A DNA stretch of 64,000 bases from a virus: IMG/VR virus record IMGVR_UViG_3300007276_000035, positions 37,656 through 101,655 of that record. The stretch is one strand, 5' to 3'. Every line of letters begins with the position of its first letter. Position 1 is the stretch's first letter. Positions 28,057-37,372 of this stretch are shown in pieces. Position numbers and translations under genes: made by a program. The notes under the pieces were generated by a model, which saw nothing but the letters and a program-made list of their open reading frames with translations, did no database searches and had not been told where the DNA came from.

Positions 28057-29279
28057 AAAATATTTTTAACAAACGGTATTTTTCTATATTTAAAAATAAT
28101 CCAGATTTAATTTATATGGATAGTGCAGCTAGCACACAAACGCACGATTCTGTTCTGCAAGCTATGCATCGTTATTACACTGAATATAGAGCTAATGTAG
28201 GTAGAGGTGAATATCCTTTGTCTGAGCAAGCTACGATAGCCGTAGATATAGCAAGAGAACAAGTAGCATCGCTTCTATCAACAACAGCAGACCATATACT
28301 GTTTACTAGCGGTGCTACGCAAGGATTAAACATGGTAGCAAATTGGAACAAAAGTGTTCCTCAAGTTATCATAACAGAACTAGAACATAATGCAAACATA
28401 GTGCCTTGGTTAGCTCAAGGCCGGACAGTGCATAATAACCAATTACGTGTTATCCCAAGTTCGGGAAGCACAATTAACATAGACAAAGCCGTAGAAATAC
28501 TTGAAGAAGCACCTGCTGGTTCTTTACTTAGTATAACAATGGTTAGTAACGTATCAGGCGTAGATGTCTGTACGGACAGATTAATAAAAATGGCGAGATC
28601 CTTAGGGCATCAGGTTTGCATAGATGCTTGTCAAGGAATGCCGTATTGTTTGCCAGCTGGAATAGCTAGTGGATTGTTTAGCACTATAATAGATGCAGAC
28701 TACCTGGTGTTTAGTGCGCATAAGATGTACGGCCCAACCGGAGTAGGGGCGGTATATGTTAAGCACAATCTAGATAAAATGAGACCACAATACTTTGGTG
28801 GCGGCGCAGTAGCAAATGTTACGTTTGATGGCATTGAATATTCGACAGGTGTCAGCAAGCATGAACCTGGAACACCAAACATTGCTTCTATAATTGGATT
28901 TGGGCAGATTGCTGAAATGTATAGTTATGTAGGTTACGAAAAAATACTTGATCTTTACCTAAACAAATTTAAACTAAGTAGGCAGTATTTTGCAAATATC
29001 CCTGGCCTAACTCCTGTAGGACGGTCTGACGCAAGCACTCGACTATCGGTATCCATGGCAACCTTTATTCCCAACAATCACCATAGTTCAGATATAAGTA
29101 CACTGCTTAGTAGAACAAATTTGGCAGTCAGAACAGGTAGACTATGTTCTCACCCTTACGTAGATAAGATTTCAAAAGGTAAGGGAGTTGTTAGACTTAG
29201 CTGGGGTTTATACAACGACGAAGATGATTTTAGACAAGCTCGAGAGATACTTGAAAACACAATGAAGAAACTTAATTAG
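28053..29279 (+). CDS. sufS: Cysteine desulfurase (SufS/CsdA group II)
   Basis: YMDSAAST, FTSGAT, EH.AN, SAHKMYGPTG, RTGRLCSHP. Confidence 0.9.
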   Translation: MKNIFNKRYFSIFKNNPDLIYMDSAASTQTHDSVLQAMHRYYTEYRANVGRGEYPLSEQATIAVDIAREQVASLLSTTADHILFTSGATQGLNMVANWNKSVPQVIITELEHNANIVPWLAQGRTVHNNQLRVIPSSGSTINIDKAVEILEEAPAGSLLSITMVSNVSGVDVCTDRLIKMARSLGHQVCIDACQGMPYCLPAGIASGLFSTIIDADYLVFSAHKMYGPTGVGAVYVKHNLDKMRPQYFGGGAVANVTFDGIEYSTGVSKHEPGTPNIASIIGFGQIAEMYSYVGYEKILDLYLNKFKLSRQYFANIPGLTPVGRSDASTRLSVSMATFIPNNHHSSDISTLLSRTNLAVRTGRLCSHPYVDKISKGKGVVRLSWGLYNDEDDFRQAREILENTMKKLN

Positions 29280-29288
29280 GAGACACAC

Positions 29289-29822
29289 ATGCAAACATTT
29301 GTAGTTACAGTTCCAGAAGTAACATTTAAAACTAGGATTCAAACAGACGAAGCACCAGGCTTTGCTTGGAAGGATGTAACAAGTAGAGATATATTCCAGG
29401 GCAAGCGAGTTGCTGTATTTTCACTTCCTGGCGCATTTACTCCTACATGCTCTAGTACCCATTTGCCGGGATTCGAAGCTGCATACGATCAGCTTAAAGA
29501 GCAAGGTATTGATGAAGTATACTGCATAAGTGTAAACGATGCATTTACTATGAATGCTTGGTTAACAAGCCTGGATATTGAGAACGTTAAGCCTATACCA
29601 GACGGCAGCGGTGAGTTTACTCGCAAGATGGGCTTTTTGGTAAACAAAGACAACCTTGGTTTTGGTATGCGTTCTTGGCGCTATAGCATGATTGTAAGAG
29701 ATGGCGTAGTAGAAATGATGTGGGTAGAGCCAGGTCTTAAGGATAACGCAGAAAATGACCCGTTCATAGTTAGTGATGCACAGACTATGCTCGACTTTCT
29801 AAAGAAACCCAAAGAAGAATAA
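29289..29822 (+). CDS. Peroxiredoxin (Prx5-like)
   Basis: SLPGAFTPTCS..HLPG, SVND, RSWRYSM. Confidence 0.95.
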   Translation: MQTFVVTVPEVTFKTRIQTDEAPGFAWKDVTSRDIFQGKRVAVFSLPGAFTPTCSSTHLPGFEAAYDQLKEQGIDEVYCISVNDAFTMNAWLTSLDIENVKPIPDGSGEFTRKMGFLVNKDNLGFGMRSWRYSMIVRDGVVEMMWVEPGLKDNAENDPFIVSDAQTMLDFLKKPKEE

Positions 29823-29833
29823 AGGAGACAGTA

Positions 29834-30013
29834 ATGGCAGGAAAAGGTGACACCCCTCGTCCACTATCAGTGACGAGAAAACAGTTCGACGATGAATATG
29901 ATAGAATATTCCGGAAGCGAGCTGAAGACAAGAAGCGCAAAGAAGCACTCGACCAACTCGCTGAAATAGCGCAAGAACATGGCGAATATGACACAAAACC
30001 GGAGAAAGAATAA
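29834..30013 (+). CDS. Small hypothetical protein (59 aa, not in ORF track)
   Basis: AAGGAG RBS; MAGKGDTPRP...FDDEYDRIF. Confidence 0.7.
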   Translation: MAGKGDTPRPLSVTRKQFDDEYDRIFRKRAEDKKRKEALDQLAEIAQEHGEYDTKPEKE

Positions 30014-30016
30014 AGG

Positions 30017-30045
30017 TTGACACATATACAAATAGGTAGTAAAAT
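30017..30045 (+). promoter_or_regulatory. sigma70-type promoter (leaderless gene follows)
   Basis: TTGACA-N17-TAAAAT; ATG 6 nt downstream. Confidence 0.6.
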
Positions 30046-30051
30046 AAGTAT

Positions 30052-30483
30052 ATGAGTAAATTACTAAACTTATTAGAAAAGTGTGACCGCAAAAGAGTTA
30101 TTCTCGATCGACAAAGTTCTGATCCTTATTTAACACGATATTACTTGCTATTTAAAGATCGGCCTTCATGGTTTCCGTTTAACATATTTTTGCATAATTT
30201 TCATAAAGGAGACCCTGATGACTTACACGATCATCCTTGGCCTTATTTCACTTTTATACTGCGTGGTGGTTATTGGGAGCATACTCCAGGAGGACGATTC
30301 TGGAGAGGCCGCGGGCATTTTAGAATCTGCGGTGCTCGTAGTTTGCATCGGATTGAGCTTGACCCTGATCACGATACTTGGACATTATTTATACCTGGAC
30401 TCAAGTTACGCGAGTGGGGGTTTGTAGATAATGGTATTTGGAAACAACACGAAGATTATTTAACTGAGAAATACAAAGGGTAA
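30052..30483 (+). CDS. Cupin-fold protein
   Basis: FLHNF...DPDDLHDHPW, GGYWE, HRIEL. Confidence 0.75.
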   Translation: MSKLLNLLEKCDRKRVILDRQSSDPYLTRYYLLFKDRPSWFPFNIFLHNFHKGDPDDLHDHPWPYFTFILRGGYWEHTPGGRFWRGRGHFRICGARSLHRIELDPDHDTWTLFIPGLKLREWGFVDNGIWKQHEDYLTEKYKG

Positions 30484-30490
30484 CGCTACA

Positions 30491-30658
30491 GTGATAGTTT
30501 GTGTTTGCGGGAATGTATCCACTGAAGATGTAAAGAATACAGAACAAAAAACTTTAGAGGAATTTAAAAAAGAAACCGGAGCGTGTGTCAAGTGCTGCAA
30601 GTGCTGTGACACACTTAATCATTATTGGAATAAGTTTCATGAAAATCAAAATAGTTAA
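30491..30658 (+). CDS. bfd: Bfd-like [2Fe-2S] ferredoxin (55 aa, not in ORF track)
   Basis: MIVCVCGNVS...TGACVKCCKCC fits CxC...CxxC. Confidence 0.75.
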   Translation: MIVCVCGNVSTEDVKNTEQKTLEEFKKETGACVKCCKCCDTLNHYWNKFHENQNS

Positions 30659-31283
30659 AGCCTACATGGACACAGCGTTCCGCTTTGCAGAATGTAGTAC
30701 AGCAGTACGCGCTAAAGTAGGAGCTATTGTTGTTAAGGATGATAGCATTATTTCAATCGGATATAACGGTACCCCCAGCGGCTGGGGTAATTGCTGCGAA
30801 ACGAGAGAGTATATGTCTCCGGATGCAGGAAGTTGGCTTGACCCAGACACTATCGAAGAACAATGGCCTTATACAGAAATTGTCGAAGAAGCAGACGTAG
30901 AAGTTGATCAAGAAGCATATAAGGCTTATGTAGCAGTATTAAATACCAATGAGTTTGTTGCGCCTTTAGAGATACACTACAGGAAAACTGGTGAAGTCTT
31001 TCGTTCGGAAAAACGTTATGCACTAGTAACCAAACCAGAAGTAAACCATGCTGAGTTTAATGCGATTGTTAAGCTAGCCAAACGAACCGAAAGTTCGGAT
31101 GGTGCTACACTATTTTGCACACACAGTCCTTGCGAAAATTGTGCAAAACTTATTGCACTAAGTGGAATCAGAACAGTTTATTACGGCAAAGACTGGCCTA
31201 GCAGCAAAACATCGCCACAAGGCTTAGAGTACTTAAAGAAATCCTCAGTAGAGGTAATTAGAGTATTGGGATACCAAGAATGA
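30639..31283 (+). CDS. dCMP deaminase
   Basis: S.A.R.KVGA, GYNGTP.G, HAE.NAI, HSPC..C. Confidence 0.93.
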   Translation: MKIKIVKAYMDTAFRFAECSTAVRAKVGAIVVKDDSIISIGYNGTPSGWGNCCETREYMSPDAGSWLDPDTIEEQWPYTEIVEEADVEVDQEAYKAYVAVLNTNEFVAPLEIHYRKTGEVFRSEKRYALVTKPEVNHAEFNAIVKLAKRTESSDGATLFCTHSPCENCAKLIALSGIRTVYYGKDWPSSKTSPQGLEYLKKSSVEVIRVLGYQE

Positions 31284-31669
31284 CAACTACATTTGGTTAT
31301 GATCATCTAGATGAGCTTCAAGATCGCTACCCCGCACCGATAGGAGATAGTTATCTAGCAGGCGCAATAGAGGGATATTTACTACACGGTATTCTCCCAG
31401 GGCCTTTTTTAGAAGCTATGCTTTCTAATGATCTTTTTGGTGCAGTGGGGAACGCCGTGAATCACGGCGTTCTTAGAAGCGCAGATTATAGGGATCGCAA
31501 GCATTTATATGATTCTGCACGGTGGATCAAGAAATATGTTCCCAAGGAAGCATACGGTTCACGAAAGAAAGTAGCTGAATGGAGTAAAAACAAAAAACTA
31601 AGAGAACAGTTTCGTTTAGAGTATGCTGCATCAAAGTTAAGCGGGTGCCCGATTATTAACTTTGGATAA
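31280..31669 (+). CDS. Hypothetical protein
   Basis: GI.PGPFL.A.LSNDL..A, AYGS...V..W. Confidence 0.7.
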   Translation: MTTTFGYDHLDELQDRYPAPIGDSYLAGAIEGYLLHGILPGPFLEAMLSNDLFGAVGNAVNHGVLRSADYRDRKHLYDSARWIKKYVPKEAYGSRKKVAEWSKNKKLREQFRLEYAASKLSGCPIINFG

Positions 31670-31677
31670 ATAAATGT

Positions 31678-32208
31678 ATGGTATCCAGAATCGAATTCAG
31701 CCGCAATCCCGAACTCACAGTAAAACGTGTTCCGAGTGATGCGCAACACATCGGTAAACTCAAGAGTCTCGATGTGTATTGGCATGAACCTGACTCCGAT
31801 GAGGGTGATGTATATGTTACTAGGCAAGACGAGCGTAACCGGAAAAGAATAGTCGCCCTTTGACAGTTTGGAAAGTTTCCTGGTAAACCAGCATGGCAAG
31901 TAGACATGGCATCAGTTAACCCCCAATATCAGGGACACGGAATAGTGCCTATGATTTATCGTTTTTTGATGCTAAACATTCCGGGATTTATATTACAAGC
32001 AGGTAGCACACAAAGCAGGGGTGGCAGGGCTATCTGGAACGTCCTTGCTAATTTCAAGGACATTGTTGTATATACTATGAAAGGTAAAGAAGCCATTGAG
32101 CTAGGGTCAGATCCGCTAAGCGGGGAAGTATCTGGTGAAGAAGACGGCATTACTGTATACGGTGATTACGATGACAACAAAACTCAAGTTTACGCAACAA
32201 AACGCTAA
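31678..32208 (+). pseudogene. GNAT-like acetyltransferase interrupted by in-frame TGA (31861-31863)
   Basis: ORFs 31678-31863 and 31906-32208 share a frame with a single TGA; WQVDMASVNPQYQGHGI, QS.GG..IW. Confidence 0.6.
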
Positions 32209-32212
32209 AAAC

Positions 32213-32368
32213 GTAAGTCATTGATTTTATTGGATATTTTTTTCCTTATAAATCAATGACTTACAAAATCCACTAAAATAGCTCAAATTATTTTAAAAAC
32301 CTATATATTTCAATGACTTACATGGTTGACACATGTAGTAGATGTGCTATCATATACATGTAGGTTAA
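32213..32368 (+). repeat. IHF-site array plus early promoter cassette, copy B
   Basis: Near-identical to 3276-3433; TTGACA(32326)-N16-TATCAT. Confidence 0.85.
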
Positions 32369-32387
32369 AAAACAGAGAGTAGAGCTT

Positions 32388-32771
32388 ATGTCAAATAGTT
32401 ATACAGTGTACCAAATACAACCCACCAAGGAAGAATACGATCGCATCAACCGTGAGGGTTGGGGTGCGTTACAGTGTCCCGAGATGGAACGTATGCGAGC
32501 CAAGCAAGACTTGAGCCTGCACGGCGCCCAAGCATACGAGGGTTGGATGAAGCATCACTTCTATGCTGTAGCAGTTGTTGAAGCTGATAGCCTAGAAGAT
32601 GCATTCCGTCTTACTAATCTGTGGAACGACGAGACCAGAGTTTACAGAATGTCAGCTAAGATGCATTCATTGTCTGTGGGTGACGTCTTGTTTGACGGTC
32701 GTGACTACATAATGGTTGATACGTTTGGTTTCAAGAAAGTTGATTCTAGCGTAGCTGAAGAGGTATCTTAA
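32388..32771 (+). CDS. YodL-like domain protein
   Basis: Y.VYQ, LE.AF..TN, HSLSVGDV, VD.FGF. Confidence 0.65.
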   Translation: MSNSYTVYQIQPTKEEYDRINREGWGALQCPEMERMRAKQDLSLHGAQAYEGWMKHHFYAVAVVEADSLEDAFRLTNLWNDETRVYRMSAKMHSLSVGDVLFDGRDYIMVDTFGFKKVDSSVAEEVS

Positions 32772-32772
32772 T

Positions 32773-33015
32773 ATGAAAACTGCTGGCGAAGCATATAGCA
32801 AGTGGGTCGAACTGAAAGCCCGAGAGTACGATGACGCGAGCCGTAGTGGTAGTATGCGTCCTAGTGAGGTTGTTAAGCCTTACGAGATGCTCCGGTTGAT
32901 GGATGTTATCTACGATGCTCCGTTTGGTCCGATCGATGATGAACTCATTGGTTCTGTGTACAGTGATGTCAGGCTGGCAGCGAAAGAAATTGCCGAGAAG
33001 AGGGTAGCAGCATGA
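32773..33015 (+). CDS. Hypothetical protein
   Basis: GAGG RBS, packed ORF. Confidence 0.65.
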   Translation: MKTAGEAYSKWVELKAREYDDASRSGSMRPSEVVKPYEMLRLMDVIYDAPFGPIDDELIGSVYSDVRLAAKEIAEKRVAA

Positions 33016-33383
33016 GCAGGGAACGATTAATCGAGATAGTAGAAGAAGGCACACTAGACCCAATGATGGCTCTACAGATGTGTGCCCGGTGGATGACAGA
33101 TGACGAGTGCCACAACATGTTGGATGCTCACGAGCTTACAGATCGTTTCCTTGAAGACGAGGAAGAAACGGACTACAGTAACCGAGAGCCTTTTGCTCGC
33201 CACGGTGGCGCGTATGATCGAGGCGCTGCTGATGCGTATTATCGGAGACCGTGTGCTCCGCATTATTACACAGGCAGTTCCCATCAGTCCACCCGCATTG
33301 AGCAACCCGATATGTCCGAAGAAGAAGTAATGGCATATAGGCAAGGCTTCCAGGATCAACGCGACTCAGGAGAATTCAAATAA
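33012..33383 (+). CDS. Hypothetical protein
   Basis: RHGGAYDRG.AD.YY.R...PHYY.G motif. Confidence 0.7.
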   Translation: MSRERLIEIVEEGTLDPMMALQMCARWMTDDECHNMLDAHELTDRFLEDEEETDYSNREPFARHGGAYDRGAADAYYRRPCAPHYYTGSSHQSTRIEQPDMSEEEVMAYRQGFQDQRDSGEFK

Positions 33384-33859
33384 TGATTGCTGATGTAACT
33401 ATTAAAAGCAAGGATTTTTCACTTATTCACAATTCGTTGTGTAGACTTCGTGATGCCTCAGAAAGTAGTAAAAAAATCAAGCACTCAGACTTGCGCAAGA
33501 TAGTCGAGACGCTGTATGGAGCTCTGGGTGATGCGTATAAGCAAGATTGGGCTGCTCACGATAAGGCATCGGATTACTGGCGAGGAGTTGCTGACCAAAG
33601 GAACTATACTTCTATTTGGTCCATGTACGAAGTAAAATCTTGCCAAGACCCGCACCCTTACCAAGGACACACTGCGCTAGTCTACGATACATTTTGGGGT
33701 GACGCAAACTCAATAGAAGTAGCCATTAATGGTTCTACTTGGCTTGACTTGTATGACGCAGCAGATCGAGTTATATACCAAAGTGGTGATGAGCACCACA
33801 TATTCATAGAAAACTTCTATGTCGAAGACGGTGTACTAAAATTAAGCACAGGTTCATAA
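33383..33859 (+). CDS. Hypothetical protein
   Basis: TW.DLY.AAD..I..SGD.HHIFIE.F. Confidence 0.7.
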   Translation: MIADVTIKSKDFSLIHNSLCRLRDASESSKKIKHSDLRKIVETLYGALGDAYKQDWAAHDKASDYWRGVADQRNYTSIWSMYEVKSCQDPHPYQGHTALVYDTFWGDANSIEVAINGSTWLDLYDAADRVIYQSGDEHHIFIENFYVEDGVLKLSTGS

Positions 33860-33884
33860 AGTAAACTAACCGGAGATACAAAAA

Positions 33885-34475
33885 GTGAAAACACTAGTTA
33901 AATTGGCACTCATCGCATCATTGTCAACAAGCGCAATCGCGGGGGAGCTCAACTACAATCGAACATTGGTGGTGGCTGATAGTTTGGGAGCAGCAGCAAG
34001 CTCGTGGCCGCAACAGTTACAAGCGATTGATAGTTCTCTTAATGTACAAAACAATGCACAGGGCGGAAGAAAAACAGGCGATGTAGACTTGCCGCGTGAT
34101 GTTCGTTGCGGTGGTTGGTTTGGTGGCCGTGACTGTGTTGTTCTGTTAGCACTAGGGTCAAATGATACCGAATACACTAATTTGAAGATCGCGAGCGGCA
34201 CCAGACGCTTGATTGATCAAGCTAAACTATTAGGTGCTGTACCTATCATTGTGCTGCCGCCTGTGCATAAAAACTCACCTGACATGGAAAGGGTTCGCAA
34301 GTATATTACGCGAGCTGCTGGACAGCGTAATGTTCGGGTCATTGACCTAGAAAACGTTTGGGATGACAGTCGACTGACAGATGGCGTTCATCCTAATGCA
34401 TCACTAAGTCAAGATGTTGCATTCTATATCTATGATGAGCTTATTCGGATTAAAGCTGAGCTTGGGGTTGAGTAA
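33885..34475 (+). CDS. Secreted SGNH/GDSL esterase
   Basis: Signal peptide; ADS, AQGG, LGSND, DGVHP (blocks I, II, III, V). Confidence 0.85.
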   Translation: MKTLVKLALIASLSTSAIAGELNYNRTLVVADSLGAAASSWPQQLQAIDSSLNVQNNAQGGRKTGDVDLPRDVRCGGWFGGRDCVVLLALGSNDTEYTNLKIASGTRRLIDQAKLLGAVPIIVLPPVHKNSPDMERVRKYITRAAGQRNVRVIDLENVWDDSRLTDGVHPNASLSQDVAFYIYDELIRIKAELGVE

Positions 34476-34497
34476 ACCTAATTTAACAGGAGATCCG

Positions 34498-34743
34498 ATG
34501 GATCACGTATATATAGTAGTAACTAGGACCTGGCGCAGAGAAACTGAGTTGCAAAAGGTCTTTGCTTCAAAACAACATGCAAGAGAATATGTGCTTGCAT
34601 GTTGCGAAAAAGAAAAAGAGCAACACCTCGAATATGACTACAGGAATTTCGATGATGATGTTACGGAATTGTACAATTCCAGATATGGCAAAAGCGGGAT
34701 GCCTGTGTGTTATTATCACATTTATCGGTGGGCTGTTAGTTGA
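34498..34743 (+). CDS. Hypothetical protein
   Basis: AGGAG RBS before ATG 34498. Confidence 0.6.
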   Translation: MDHVYIVVTRTWRRETELQKVFASKQHAREYVLACCEKEKEQHLEYDYRNFDDDVTELYNSRYGKSGMPVCYYHIYRWAVS

Positions 34744-35918
34744 TCATTAATGAGTTAGTTCCTCTATTAGAAGAAGTAGAAGTAGATAATACGTATAGCA
34801 CTCGGCTAAAACGCTGGAGCAGTATACCGATGTTGTCTGAACCATGCATGCCTTTCTTACACCAAGAACAACAATGGTATTGCGTAGAGGTACAAACTGA
34901 TTTAAAAAACGTAGACTCGTTGGCTGCATTACCTTTTGTTGAGTTCATCGACGAGATAAGATCAGGCAAAGTAATCTTAGGACTTTTTAACCTCAATGAA
35001 AGTTTTACTTGGATAGTAGACCTAGGTTATCGCATCGCAACCGAATTAAACATACCACCTAATCATATTGCATTATTTTCTAATGCAGGGCGATTAGATA
35101 TTAGCCCAGACACATTTCGATACTTTTGGATTAGGGACTTTGAATCCATAATCTCCAATCAAGTAAAGGCGCACCCAGATGACACTACTTTGTGTCGCAA
35201 AGACCATAATGGGGTTTTTGAAAAGAAATACTTAATGTTAAATCGTCGTTGGCGATTGCACAGGCCTTACTTTGTTGCTCTGCTCAACGAAACTAATCTG
35301 TTAGATCAAGGCCTCGTAAGTTTGGCGCCAGCTGATTGTGGGTTCGACTGGGATCAAATAATTCAGTTAACCGATGGCATAGCACTAGATATGTATACCA
35401 ATCACGAGTGGCCTGAATTTAAACCCAGGATACTACAAGCATTAACCAATGCTAAGTTGTTACCGCCAATGTATTTAGACACAGACGATTTAACAATAAA
35501 CCAAGCAGACTATCAACCACACACAAACAAGTTGTATGAACAAACGTATTTTAGTGTAGTGTCAGAAACTAATTATTTCGGCCCTGGGGACAGTAGAGCA
35601 CCATTCTTGAGTGAAAAGACATTCAAGACTATCGCGCATCGGCATCCGTTTGTAATGTTGGCACCAAGCGAAACAATGGCGTGCCTTAAGGATATAGGAT
35701 ACAAGACGTTCGACGGCTTTATAGACGAAACATATGACAAAGAAAAGAATGACGTTACCCGAATGAAAATGGTACTAGAGGAAACTAGACGCTTGTGCAG
35801 CTTGTCGCCTGATGAGGTTAAACAATTTGTTCAAGGCACTAGTGCAATTTGCGAGCATAACCTTGCTTTAATGAGAAACCGACCAGTTAACGATTTTTAC
35901 AAGGAGATGAACCTATGA
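34740..35918 (+). CDS. Glycosyltransferase-like protein, paralog 2
   Basis: KKYLMLNRRWRLHR, TYFSVVSET, LSEKTFK.I..RHPF, GYKTF...IDETYD. Confidence 0.6.
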   Translation: MIINELVPLLEEVEVDNTYSTRLKRWSSIPMLSEPCMPFLHQEQQWYCVEVQTDLKNVDSLAALPFVEFIDEIRSGKVILGLFNLNESFTWIVDLGYRIATELNIPPNHIALFSNAGRLDISPDTFRYFWIRDFESIISNQVKAHPDDTTLCRKDHNGVFEKKYLMLNRRWRLHRPYFVALLNETNLLDQGLVSLAPADCGFDWDQIIQLTDGIALDMYTNHEWPEFKPRILQALTNAKLLPPMYLDTDDLTINQADYQPHTNKLYEQTYFSVVSETNYFGPGDSRAPFLSEKTFKTIAHRHPFVMLAPSETMACLKDIGYKTFDGFIDETYDKEKNDVTRMKMVLEETRRLCSLSPDEVKQFVQGTSAICEHNLALMRNRPVNDFYKEMNL

Positions 35919-36018
35919 AGTACGTTAAAGAGATAGTCGATAATGAAGCACATTTGGCGTTTGTTTTGGTGCTAATATCAGGGGCAGTATTGCTATATAT
36001 AACCCCGTAAAATAAATC

Positions 36019-36114
36019 CCTTATAAATCAATGACTTACAAAATCAAGTTATTTTAAAAGTCCTTATAAATCAATGACTTACGTGGTTGACAAAACCTGT
36101 ATGTGTGCTATAAT
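36019..36114 (+). repeat. IHF-site array plus early promoter cassette, copy C (shorter)
   Basis: Two direct CCTTATAAATCAATGACTTAC units, then TTGACA(36087)-N16-TATAAT. Confidence 0.85.
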
Positions 36115-36145
36115 AGTTATGTTAATTAGGAATTAGGAGTAATAA

Positions 36146-36340
36146 ATGCTTAACCCGATGCAAGTACTGCAAAACTTCGCTCTTTTTATGTTCGATCAGG
36201 CCCTTGTAGCAGACAGGCAGATTCCGGATTTCGATGAATTCCACGGCGATGCTGTCGCGGTGTTCGGAACGTACATGTACACCAACAAGCAGATCGCTGC
36301 GGCGTATGAATACGCTCTGCGAATAGAGGAGGCAGCATGA
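36146..36340 (+). CDS. Hypothetical early protein
   Basis: AGGAG RBS after promoter cassette. Confidence 0.65.
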   Translation: MLNPMQVLQNFALFMFDQALVADRQIPDFDEFHGDAVAVFGTYMYTNKQIAAAYEYALRIEEAA

Positions 36341-36519
36341 TTATTTTTCCTGGAGACTATGTGCTGTACAATAACAAAGTTCAGCAAGTAGTAGATACGG
36401 ACGGCGACATGATGATCCTGCTTGATGATGGTACTTGGGTTGTCGCAAACGAAACTGAGATTGATGGTATTCGTAGCGCCGGTGAAGTAACACAATTTCT
36501 TGAAGAGAGTTTAGCATAA
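36337..36519 (+). CDS. Hypothetical protein
   Basis: GGAGG RBS, ATGA coupling. Confidence 0.65.
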   Translation: MIIFPGDYVLYNNKVQQVVDTDGDMMILLDDGTWVVANETEIDGIRSAGEVTQFLEESLA

Positions 36520-36737
36520 TGGGACTAAGAAGCTGGCCAGAACCCACAGAAAGCGACTTCATGGTTGCCCGGACTGGCATCGAAATACAAGCAGAAGCAG
36601 CTGGACTTGACCTGGCTGACCCAGGTGTGATACAGTTCATTAACAACCAAGTGGCAGTCTTAAGTGAACTGCGAGCTGAGAATCGCCAACTGCAAAGTCA
36701 CTTGCATCCGAAGTCACTAGAGAAGGAAAACAGTTAA
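36519..36737 (+). CDS. Hypothetical protein
   Basis: TAATG coupling. Confidence 0.6.
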   Translation: MGLRSWPEPTESDFMVARTGIEIQAEAAGLDLADPGVIQFINNQVAVLSELRAENRQLQSHLHPKSLEKENS

Positions 36738-36792
36738 GATATCAGTAACCAAAATCTAGAGTAGTGTTTTAGTTGAGTTGTTAAATAACGTT

Positions 36793-37008
36793 ATGAAAAA
36801 ATCAACTACACAAATGACCAAGAAAGAATTGCTCGATATAATACGCAGCAAAGACGAGCTCATCGCAAGCCTCAATGACAGAATAGACGAACTTGAAGGT
36901 ATGGCTATTGCAAGTGCAGCTAGCCCTATGGACGCTGATAGTAGCAGGATGATGGCTCTAATGAATCAGCGTATTAAAAAGTTAGAGGAAACGATTAATG
37001 ACCAATAA
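36793..37008 (+). CDS. Coiled-coil hypothetical protein
   Basis: TAAATA-N5-ATG; heptad pattern. Confidence 0.6.
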   Translation: MKKSTTQMTKKELLDIIRSKDELIASLNDRIDELEGMAIASAASPMDADSSRMMALMNQRIKKLEETINDQ

Positions 37009-37372
37009 CGTATTTGTGTATGGTACACTCAAGCACAATGGTCGAATAAGTTTACTCAGCCAGCCCGGCGCCAAGTTGATCACTGTTACAGAAACTGCTA
37101 TGCCTTTGTACGATATGATTAACTTAGGTAGCTTCCCGGGTGTCCTCGTAGGAGGCGATTCGTACGTAGTTGGTGAACTTTGGGAAGTTGATAACGAAGC
37201 AATGAAAGACTTGGATCGTATTGAGGGTTATCCTACATTCTATAATAGGCAAATAGTAGAAACCTTACATGGTCCAGCTTGGATGTATTACTTATCGGCT
37301 AGTGATTTTCCAAGTGAACAAACTATGAAACCGTCAACGGAAAATAAACTAGAGTGGAAAAATAATGACTAA
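36998..37372 (+). CDS. Gamma-glutamylcyclotransferase (AIG2-like)
   Basis: VFVYGTLK, V.GE.WEV, LD.IEG.P..Y.R. Confidence 0.9.
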   Translation: MTNNVFVYGTLKHNGRISLLSQPGAKLITVTETAMPLYDMINLGSFPGVLVGGDSYVVGELWEVDNEAMKDLDRIEGYPTFYNRQIVETLHGPAWMYYLSASDFPSEQTMKPSTENKLEWKNND

